A DNA stretch of 61,259 nucleotides. Origin: an archaeon 13_2_20CM_2_53_6. Lineage in GTDB: Archaea; Thermoproteota; Bathyarchaeia; 40CM-2-53-6. The translations under genes and the position numbers were made by a program. Positions 1 through 8,800 of the stretch are shown piece after piece. The notes under the pieces were generated by a model. The model searched no databases and was not told the origin of the DNA. It saw nothing but the letters and a program-made list of their open reading frames with translations. Location: positions 1-61,259 of the forward strand of contig MNDT01000020.1 in NCBI GenBank assembly GCA_001915065.1, given 5' to 3'. The first letter of the stretch is position 1; the number at the start of each line of letters is the position of its first letter.

Positions 1-83
1 CATAGACTGACAGGAGCGCGTTACCAGGCAAGCCTCTCACATTGAGAGCCTATCCCGGACTATTTTAGCCTCGGCGGGACCAA

Positions 84-2651
84 TCACACGAGCTCCAGTG
101 CACGAGTGATCTCCATCCGAGACGCTCGCAGGGCAGGATATAGACTGCCAGCCAGAACGGCGACGATCGCGAGGACGAATGATTGGATGATCGCGTTGTA
201 GGGGACGACGAAGGGAATGAAGAAGCCTGCAAGGGCGGTGCTGTTTGTGGCTCCCTTCAGCAACAACAGTCCGCCTGGAATTGCGAGCAGGAATCCGAAG
301 AGGCCGAGAAGCGCTCCTTCACCAAGGAATAGTGCCATGATCTGTCCTCCGCTCATCCCTTGAGACCGAAGTAGTCCGATCTCCCGTCGCCGGTCTGACA
401 CATTCATTATCATCGTGGCTCCTATCCCGAGACTCGCGATCAGGAGGGCGAAGTAGAGTATCAAGAGTATCAGTGTAAATATTCTGTTGATCGTGTTGTT
501 GACGAGCGAGAGGAGTTCGCCGAGTGTTATGGAGTTCTTGCCGAGATCGTAGCGGGGGAACATGGTCGCGATGTCTTGAGCGATGCTAGTCGCCTGAGAC
601 TTGTATTGCGGTTTGAGGTCGACTAGGAACAAGGGGGATGTGTCGTCTCCTCCAAAATATTCGTGTTGCGCGGCGAAGGAGACAACGATCGAATCGCTTG
701 CAAAGTGTTCGCCGAACTGAATATACTGCAGCACTGGACCCGTAAAGACTCCGGCAACTGTAAAGGACACAATGAGATTGCTGTTCGCTGTGGAGTTTCT
801 TGTTAGAATTGAGAGCTGGTCTCCAGCACCGACATCAAGCTTGGATGCCAGCGAATCTGGTATCAATAGCGATTGATTGTCGGATGAGAGTTGAGAATAG
901 ATTTGGGACACTGGCGGTGAGTTGACAAAAGTATAGGAGATGATTGTTGGAAATACTGACGGGTCTACAGCTACAACTCCGATACTGCTAGTTGCGCTTT
1001 TTCCAAAGGCCTTGGCAGGGTGGAGACTTGGGGAAAGAGGTGTTGCGCTTGCAACTTGTTTTAGACTTGTGAGGCTGTCTGTGAAGCTGATTGGGACGGA
1101 CTGGTTTGCGACGAGAATTATGTCTGCTCCCAGTGCTTCTCGAATTCCCTGCTGGAGTGCGCCTTGGACTCCGCTCTGTATTCCACCTATCATTATCGCA
1201 AAGCTGAGAGTTATCGTTATCATCCCGAAACAGACACTGCTACGCAACAGCCTCTTCCTGCCGCTCTTTGACGCAACGTATAGCGCAGCGCCGGATAGCA
1301 GAAACAACGGCCGCGTCAGCGCGCTCCCGGTTTTTGCGAAGATCGCTGAGCCGAGCAGGACGAGACCGATCGGTACAAGGATCACATCCAGGTAATTGAC
1401 ATGGAAGGGGGTAAGTCGGAGGGATTCTCCGACTCCAAGGCCTAGCATGAGAACGCCTACTAGGCCGATGAGTCGTAGTGGGACCTGGCTCCTCGAGTTC
1501 CTGGCGGAGGGTCTGATGGCCTGTATGACGTTGATCCGGCTTGCTGATAGTGCGGGGTAGAGGGACCCTGCGATTACAGTCAGGAAACCTGCTCCAAGAC
1601 CTACGAGAGCAATGCTGAGGGTCAGCTGGGCGACGGGGAGGTTGGGAATGCCAAATGTAGTCTCGAACAAGTAGGTAAAGAGCCGGGCAAGTCCCAGTCC
1701 GCCAAGTAATCCAGCGACTGTTCCGAGGGTTCCGATTAGAGCCCCCTCGGCGAGGAATATCCGGAATATCTGGGCTCTAGAGCTTCCAACCGCTCGTAGA
1801 ATTCCGATCTCGTAGGTTCTCTCGCTGACCGTCATGAACAGCGTGTTGAATACAATGAAAGAGCATACGACTAGTGAGACTCCTATCATCACGTTGAGTC
1901 CTATCTGAAAGCCTGCGGTCTGTCCCTGGATGCGTTGGACGGCTTCTGCCTTAGGAGCGCTCACGTCGTAGGTTGGCAGAATCTTCTGCAGCGCATTCGC
2001 TGCATCTGTCGCGGTAGTGGGGTCGAGGAGGCTAGCGTAGACATGAGTGATCTCTCCTCGAAGTCCAACCTCGGACTGCAGCTCAGGCAGAGACATGTAG
2101 ATTGTTGAGCCAAGGCTACGGAGAGGATAGTTGATTCCAGCGATTTCGAGCAGGATCGATATCTGCTGACCTTGAGCAGTTAACGTTGTTATGTTTAGAG
2201 TGGACCCTACGCCTGTTCCGAGTTTCTCGGCAATCACGTTGTCGACGACTGCTTCGCCTTGCGAGAATTGACGTGTGCCGGTTACGTTGAAGGTTGCATA
2301 ATCGAAATCACTTGTCGTGTTTATTCCTGTTAGGAAGAAGGTAGTGTTATGCTCGGTGCTTCCGACTATTCCTCCCCATTCGAGTCTCTCCGCGGCCTGA
2401 CGGACTGGAATGTTCTTCTGTACTACTTTGAGTGTCTGGTTGGAGAATGGTAGTCCGTTGCCGGATGTTACGACGATATCGGTGGCTCCCCAGAACTTGT
2501 TGATGTAGATGTCGAATTCTCCGAGAGCGCTCGCAGTGGCCATATTGATCCCAACCAGCAGAGCAACGCCGAGAAAAACGGCGGTAACCGTGAGGAGTGT
2601 CCGAAGTCTTCTCTTCGGAAGGTTTCGCGAGGCAATCTTGGCAGATAGCAA
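84..2651 (-). CDS. ABC transporter permease, FtsX/MacB family (two FtsX halves)
   Basis: 855 aa; N-terminal RRLRTLLT+TM; two ERxxEIG(I/L)LR-like motifs; adjacent ATPase; TTG start. Confidence 0.9.
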   Translation of the reverse strand: MLSAKIASRNLPKRRLRTLLTVTAVFLGVALLVGINMATASALGEFDIYINKFWGATDIVVTSGNGLPFSNQTLKVVQKNIPVRQAAERLEWGGIVGSTEHNTTFFLTGINTTSDFDYATFNVTGTRQFSQGEAVVDNVIAEKLGTGVGSTLNITTLTAQGQQISILLEIAGINYPLRSLGSTIYMSLPELQSEVGLRGEITHVYASLLDPTTATDAANALQKILPTYDVSAPKAEAVQRIQGQTAGFQIGLNVMIGVSLVVCSFIVFNTLFMTVSERTYEIGILRAVGSSRAQIFRIFLAEGALIGTLGTVAGLLGGLGLARLFTYLFETTFGIPNLPVAQLTLSIALVGLGAGFLTVIAGSLYPALSASRINVIQAIRPSARNSRSQVPLRLIGLVGVLMLGLGVGESLRLTPFHVNYLDVILVPIGLVLLGSAIFAKTGSALTRPLFLLSGAALYVASKSGRKRLLRSSVCFGMITITLSFAIMIGGIQSGVQGALQQGIREALGADIILVANQSVPISFTDSLTSLKQVASATPLSPSLHPAKAFGKSATSSIGVVAVDPSVFPTIISYTFVNSPPVSQIYSQLSSDNQSLLIPDSLASKLDVGAGDQLSILTRNSTANSNLIVSFTVAGVFTGPVLQYIQFGEHFASDSIVVSFAAQHEYFGGDDTSPLFLVDLKPQYKSQATSIAQDIATMFPRYDLGKNSITLGELLSLVNNTINRIFTLILLILYFALLIASLGIGATMIMNVSDRRREIGLLRSQGMSGGQIMALFLGEGALLGLFGFLLAIPGGLLLLKGATNSTALAGFFIPFVVPYNAIIQSFVLAIVAVLAGSLYPALRASRMEITRALELV

Positions 2652-2666
2652 GCCTGTTTCGAGACT

Positions 2667-3440
2667 CTAGTTCGGCTGTGACAATGATCGTCCCGGCTCC
2701 GGCGGCACAGATTCTATAGCACGGATAGCATGTTTCTCACCAGTGAGTGGTTCGTGGACGATTTCGGTGATTCTTCCATCTCTCATCTCGAGAAGCCGGT
2801 CGGCCCTCTCGGCGATTATCGGGTCATGAGTAACCACCACGACTGCCGCGTGTTCCTGTCTGGCAACTTCGTACATCATACGGACCACCTCAGATCCTGT
2901 CTGCGTGTCAAGGTCTCCAGTCGGTTCATCGGCGAGAATGATTCGGGGTCGATTGGCGAGAGCTCTCGCTATCGCTACCCGTTGTTGTTCTCCGCCACTG
3001 AGCTCGTCAGGCAAGTGCCTAGCACGTTCTTTGAGGCCTACTCTGTCTAGAAGCTCGTTCGCGCGGTCTTCCGCCTCTCTACGTTTCGTTCTGGATGTTA
3101 GGAGTGGGAGCTGGACGTTTTCGAAGGCCGTCAGAACCGGGATTAGGTTGTGGAACTGGAAGACGAAACCTATCTTATGGCGTCTCAGCCTCGTAAGTTG
3201 TCCATCGTTCATCTTCGCAATGTCCTCTCCGTCTATGAGGGCTCGTCCCGAAGTGGGCTTGTCCAGGGTGCCGATTAGGTTGAGTAGTGTCGTCTTGCCC
3301 GAGCCTGAGGGTCCCATGACAACAGTGAATTCTCCCTCTCGCACGGTCAGGCTGACGCCTCGGAGAGCATGGACTGTCGTCTTTCCAAGCTGGTAGATCT
3401 TCTCAAGATTCTCCAGCTGCACAACGGGTGGCTTGTCCAA
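2667..3440 (-). CDS. ABC transporter ATP-binding protein, LolD/MacB-like
   Basis: GPSGSGKTT, LSGGEQQRVAIARAL, ILADEPT, VTHD. Confidence 0.95.
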   Translation of the reverse strand: MDKPPVVQLENLEKIYQLGKTTVHALRGVSLTVREGEFTVVMGPSGSGKTTLLNLIGTLDKPTSGRALIDGEDIAKMNDGQLTRLRRHKIGFVFQFHNLIPVLTAFENVQLPLLTSRTKRREAEDRANELLDRVGLKERARHLPDELSGGEQQRVAIARALANRPRIILADEPTGDLDTQTGSEVVRMMYEVARQEHAAVVVVTHDPIIAERADRLLEMRDGRITEIVHEPLTGEKHAIRAIESVPPEPGRSLSQPN

Positions 3441-3540
3441 GCTGAGCTCCGGCTATCATTGTCAGATGTCGAGGCTGGGCTATGAAATCTGCGTTGCTAA
3501 AGGAAGCGATTTAGGATGGTCAAGTAGGTGCGAGCGGGCA

Positions 3541-4071
3541 ATGTCAAGAATCGTGTTCCTCGACTTGGAGACATCGTCTCTCGAAGCGGACGGCGGGATA
3601 ATTGTAGGAGCGGGGGTTATGTCGGAGGCTGGTGAGAGCGAATATTTCGAGGCTAAGAAGACTAGTCATGAGAAGCCTCTGCTCTCGGAGCTTCTCAAGC
3701 GGCTAGAATCCTCCGAGGTAATTGTGACCTGGAGTGGTCGAGGCTTCGACATTCCCTTCCTCACGACCCGGCTATTGAAACATTCAATGGATCCTCGTCC
3801 CGTGCTTGGTATGGTGCACCTTGATCTTAACGAGGTTGTGAAGTCTAGGCTTCGCTTGACCTTTACCTACTTGGATCACGTCTGTGACTTTTTCGGGATC
3901 AGACGCGAGAAGGGGCCAATGGGACTGGAGGTGCCGAGCTTGTTCGTCAAAGCGTTGGAGGGGGATGAGGCCGCTTTGAGGTCGATCCGAGATCACTGTC
4001 TGGATGATTTACGAGTGACCCGCGAGGTTTTCTTGAGACTCAGACCATTGCTAGAGGGGCAGCTCGCCTAG
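3541..4071 (+). CDS. YprB-like RNase H-fold (DEDD) exonuclease
   Basis: FLDLETS, GRGFDIPFL, HLDL, HCLDDL; start moved to in-frame ATG 3541. Confidence 0.8.
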   Translation: MSRIVFLDLETSSLEADGGIIVGAGVMSEAGESEYFEAKKTSHEKPLLSELLKRLESSEVIVTWSGRGFDIPFLTTRLLKHSMDPRPVLGMVHLDLNEVVKSRLRLTFTYLDHVCDFFGIRREKGPMGLEVPSLFVKALEGDEAALRSIRDHCLDDLRVTREVFLRLRPLLEGQLA

Positions 4072-4745
4072 AACACGCCGAAGGGTAGAGGAGACCCGAG
4101 GACAGTGGCGAGGATGAAGAGGATGATGAGGTAGAGGCCGAAAAGTCCTATAGTTATCAGGAGGTTCTTCTTCCATTTCTGGCTCCAGGCGATTCCGAAG
4201 GGGATTCCGACTGTGAATCCGATGACGTGGGCAATGTAGGCGACGCTTGGGTCGAAGAGTCCCTGGCCGAGAATGGACGGGTCGGTGACTATGATCGCGT
4301 TGAGGGTGAAGTAGATGATTGCCACTAGTCCCTGTGGTGCAAGAAAGAGCCAGCTGAATTTCAACGGTGACATGAGCATGACGCATGCTGCCAGGGTGAA
4401 GATTGCCGCGCTCGCGCCCAGCATCCCAGTGTCGGGGCTGTAGATACCTACTAGGGGCGGTAGTAGGAAGCTTGTGAACCCGCCGATGAAGAAGACGAGA
4501 AGATGATTGTCTCGGCCAATCATCTTCTCAAGGGTGTTGCCGAAGACGAATAGGAACGGCATGTTTCCCAGAAGATGAGCTACGCTGGCATGGACGAAGA
4601 GTGCAGTAACCAGGGTCCAGAAGCGTCCGGCCAGGAGGTTGTTGAGGCTGAAGACCAGGTTCTGGTCCGCCCAGTTCGGGTCTTGCTGCCACGCGTAGAG
4701 GCTTGCAAGCACGCACCCGAGGATGAGGAACCAGTTGACGCGCAT
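4068..4745 (-). CDS. Rhomboid intramembrane serine protease
   Basis: HxxxxHLLGN, GASAA catalytic Ser, AHVIG catalytic His, multiple TMs. Confidence 0.9.
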   Translation of the reverse strand: MRVNWFLILGCVLASLYAWQQDPNWADQNLVFSLNNLLAGRFWTLVTALFVHASVAHLLGNMPFLFVFGNTLEKMIGRDNHLLVFFIGGFTSFLLPPLVGIYSPDTGMLGASAAIFTLAACVMLMSPLKFSWLFLAPQGLVAIIYFTLNAIIVTDPSILGQGLFDPSVAYIAHVIGFTVGIPFGIAWSQKWKKNLLITIGLFGLYLIILFILATVLGSPLPFGVF

Positions 4746-5196
4746 AGATCTCGACCTTGGATAACGAAGAGTCGCGAAGTTGGGCTATTTCAGAAATATC
4801 CTACCTTGGAGCGACCAGCAATGTGCAGTCGGTGATGAGAGTCTCTCGGCGGCCATCGGACGCCTGGTAACTTGTAAATCTCTTGATTTGTAGGGTGAGA
4901 AGTTGCCGGGGGAGTCTCGAATTCCTTTCGATCGGTCCTATTGTTACATCGGCTGATGACTTTGATTGGTTTGAATACACTCATCTGGCCTGCATTTTTC
5001 GCCGATCACAAATCTTGATCAGGATATCTGCGGCAGACAATAGGCCCTGTTGTCTATCTCAGGTTCATCGAGCTTGAGAGTCCTGGTTGAGCCCATCCAA
5101 AATATTATATGCCGATAGCCGGGTTAGCGGGGAAGTGAGCGATGGATAAGTGTGGACCGCTATGCGTTGAAAATGTGGCTAATCGCGATGCTAGTC

Positions 5197-5489
5197 TACA
5201 GCTTGTTCTTCTGACCCTCTTATTGCACCGCTCGGGTGGACGAACTTCGAGGGACGCGCCTAAGCGTTATCCTTCTCACGAAGTCGAGTCTGAGCTTCAA
5301 CAGATGAGACCGAATGCTACGGGTCTCGCCCATCTGTCCGGAGTCTCGTAACTGCTTGACGGAACGTCGAGTTCCGTCGATTCATAGTGTTGGGGATAAG
5401 AAGGCCCCCAGGGAAGAAAACCCGAACCAAGAGGAGCTTTGGGCTCTCTTGGGTGGTCATCAGGTTAAGATTCCTGGGGACCCTCTGTA
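5197..5489 (-). ncRNA. Candidate large structured non-coding RNA, unknown family
   Basis: Nested helices found by hand, with G-U pairs that work on the minus strand; terminal UACAG/CUGUA stem; TATA-like TATTATAG at ~5513-5506; no credible ORF. Confidence 0.5.
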
Positions 5490-5646
5490 CCATTTCATTT
5501 CTTATCTATAATAGATTACCCCTCGTATAGATATCGCTGGATTTCGACCGGAAGAGATTTCTTTCCCTTAAAAACGGACGAATTTTCGGGTGGGATTGTT
5601 CGGACAGTTTCTTGGCTGTTGCTACATGTATGCGCTTGTACCACAA

Positions 5647-5674
5647 GACAACACAGTTGTCACAAGTCTTATAT
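5647..5674 (+). promoter_or_regulatory. Palindrome GACAAC-N3-GTTGTC followed by TATA-like TTATAT upstream of the PKD gene
   Basis: Perfect 6-3-6 inverted repeat at 5647-5661; TTATAT at 5669-5674. Confidence 0.35.
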
Positions 5675-5811
5675 CTTGTATTCAATACATAGGGCGTTTG
5701 GTCATCGGGTTGAGGATGAGTACGAGAGTTGTTTTCGGGTAAGACTCTCCGGATAGCCCTTCACGGTAAGGTTCTGTTCGCCTTCTCCCTGCCGCCGGGA
5801 GAAGGTGAGCG

Positions 5812-8800
5812 CTGAGCAAGCACACAACAAGGAGCCTTAGGGCTCTCCTCCTCTGTACGGCCGTTCTGATGAGTGCCACGCTGGCAATCCAGTTATTGGC
5901 ATTGCCGGAATCAACAACTGGAAACGGGTCGAGCTTCAACCACAGCGTCCTAGAGTCAAGCGCTTCTACTACGGTCGGGTTCAACTGTACGGACTGGAAT
6001 TGCAACCCTAGTAATGGTCAGTCTTTGACTGTGGCAGGCAACGGGACGATGGAAGTTCGACAGACGAATACCGCCTGTGGATGGAATGGGACTTACTATG
6101 ATAGCGCGGTGAGAGGTACGCCGCCCCCAGCACAAGGCGGCCCTCAAGGAACGCCTCTTCCACCCGGGCTCTCCACGGTCTCGGTACAAGTAAAGTACCT
6201 GGGAAGTAGGTCAAGCAGTTCCAGCTGTGAAGAATATCACCTATTTGTTTCAATGTATTTCCGGTTGTCTCAAAACGTGACACTGTACTGTTCAGAAGGT
6301 GGAAGAACAGAGAGCTCGAATTATCTCGATACTCAGGTAAGACTTGACAATGTTAACGGTACTGACCGACCACAGCTTTCGAGCCCTGCCTATTGTGGCT
6401 CAGCCGTGGGGGCCTGGGGTTGGAGCAACAATGTCCTTTCCCTATCTCCCGGTCAGGATGGTACACTGACAGCAAATGCAACAACACAGTGCCAGCAGGC
6501 CGAGGCTGCCTGGGGCATCTCTGGAATCCCATGCACGCTGACTGGAATAGAGATAGGGACAGAAGGCTACGGAATCTCCTCGCTAGATACGAACTGGTAC
6601 AGTGTGACATATTCCCTACAGAGCTCTGCTGTTCCTTCCGGTAGCAGTTTCGACCACATTGTCATGATCGCTATGGAAAACCAGTACTACTCGACGGTTC
6701 TCGGCACTGGGACGGGAGCTTCATGCTGTCCGTTTCTAACAAGCCTCCTTCCATACAGCGCTACTATTCCCAGCTTCCACAACTACGGAGCCAACGATTT
6801 CTCAGGGGACACCATCAGCGGCTGTTCGGCTGCCTGCTATACTGCCGAGACATCAGGAGGAACCTACGGTGTATCGGACGGTCTTGCAGGTGGAAGCGTA
6901 AGCGCGACCAACATATTCGACAGGCTGACAGGAGCAGGATTGACATGGAAGGGCTTCTGCGAGGACAACTGCCCACGCAACGCTGACCACTTCCCACTCC
7001 TACAGTACGCTGACACTTACCAGAGCACGTGCGCGGCCGCGTCATCGGAGAACTGTTTCCTCTACACCTGCACAAGCTGCACAGCGGCGGATGTCTCTGA
7101 TTCGCAGCTAATCGCAGAGCTCAACTCTCCCAGCCCAGCCAACTACATCTGGTTCACTCCAACAGATGAGCATAACATGCACAATGTCCCACCCTCATCG
7201 GGAGACGCTTATCTCAAGCAGATCCTCGTCGGAACAGGCACCGTCTCCAGTCCTTCCCCCGGTAGCATGCTCAGTACAACAGCCTTCACTTCGGGCCATA
7301 CCCTCCTCTACATCTGGTTCGACGAGTATGATCCCTCTCCAAACCTTCTCTACGAGCCAGGCATAGTCCGTTCAGGTTTCATCTCGACAGCTAACAACTA
7401 TGACGAATACGCCAGCCTCCACACCATAGAGAACAACTGGAGCCTGCTAGGTCTAAACCTTGATACCAACGCTCCTCTCATCTCAGACATTTTCAGCCCG
7501 ACTACTTCCATGTCCGCGGCTTTCACCTACACTCCACCCGTGCCTACCGCGGGAACCGCCGTGACGTTCGTGGCCTCGGCTATTGGAGGAACGCCAGTGT
7601 ACACATATTCGTGGGACTTTGGCGATGGAACAAGTGGAACAGGATCATCCAGCACACACGCCTATTCATCAGCAGGGTCATACAATGTTCTAATGACTGT
7701 CAAGGACAACGGTTCACCACAACAGACAGCACCGTCCCAACAGACCGTCACAGTCACGAGCCCACCTCCGCCTCTCAGCGCCAGCTTCACATTTAGTCCC
7801 TCATCACCTGCGACGGAACAGCAGGTCACATTCACCGCCTCATCAACTGGTGGAACTGCTCCGTACAGTTACAGCTGGTCTTTCGGCGATGGGTCGATAG
7901 GAACAGGCTCTACCTCAACGCACGCTTACTCATCCGCAGGAAGCTTCACTGTGACTCTGACTGTGAAGGATACTGGTTCGCCTCAGCAGACGGTAACGTC
8001 TCAGAAAACCGTCACAGTCACAAGTCCGCCTCCCACCCTGACCGCCAGCTTCATCTATAGTCCGTCTTCGCCCCAGACGGGTCAGCAGGTAACCTTTACC
8101 GCCTCGGCGGGTGGTGGTACAACACCCTATAGCTTCAGCTGGTCGTTTGGAGACGGATCAACCGGAACAGGCGCCTCGGTAACACACGCATACTCGTCGG
8201 CAGGGTCCTTCACTGTCACCCTGACTGTCAAAGACAGTGGTTCGCCCCAACAGACAGTCACTTCACAACAAACCGTCTCAGTCAGCAACCCTCCTCCGGC
8301 TCTGACAGCAAGCATCACCTATAGTCCGTCCTCTCCGCAGGCTGGACAGCAAGTCACGTTTACCGCTTCAGCCAGTGGTGGAACCGCGCCCTATTCTTTC
8401 ACATGGGACTTCGGTGACGGCTCAACCGGAACAGGCTCGTCTGCTGCTCACACCTACTCGTCGGCGGGAACCTTTAACGTCGCTTTGACCACCAGAGATA
8501 GTGGTTCTCCTCAACAGACTGCGAATTCGCAACAGCCTGTGACTGTGACCATCACCACTCTAACTGCCAGCTTCAGCTATGATCCTTCCTCACCCCAAGT
8601 TGGACAAGTTGTAACGTTCACAGCCTCTGCCAGCGGCGGGACGTCTCCGTATGCCTTTAGCTGGAATTTTGGCGACGGATCCACGGCTGTCGGCTCATCA
8701 GCTACCCACGCTTATTCCTCTCCAGGCAGCTTTAATGCTGTTCTAATAGTCAACGATAGCGGTGTTCCAAACCAGACGGCTAGTTCTCGCCAGACCGTCA

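Noticed and set aside
5197-5489. SRP RNA, RNase P RNA or hammerhead (CUGAUGA at 5463-5457)
   Set aside because: No SRP helix-8 CAGG-GNRA-AGCA, no RNase P GAGGAAAGUCC, and no GAAA after the would-be hammerhead stem II
4790-5511. Short ORFs 4790-4984, 4883-5077, 5142-5351, 5314-5511
   Set aside because: No motifs, mutually overlapping, unnatural composition
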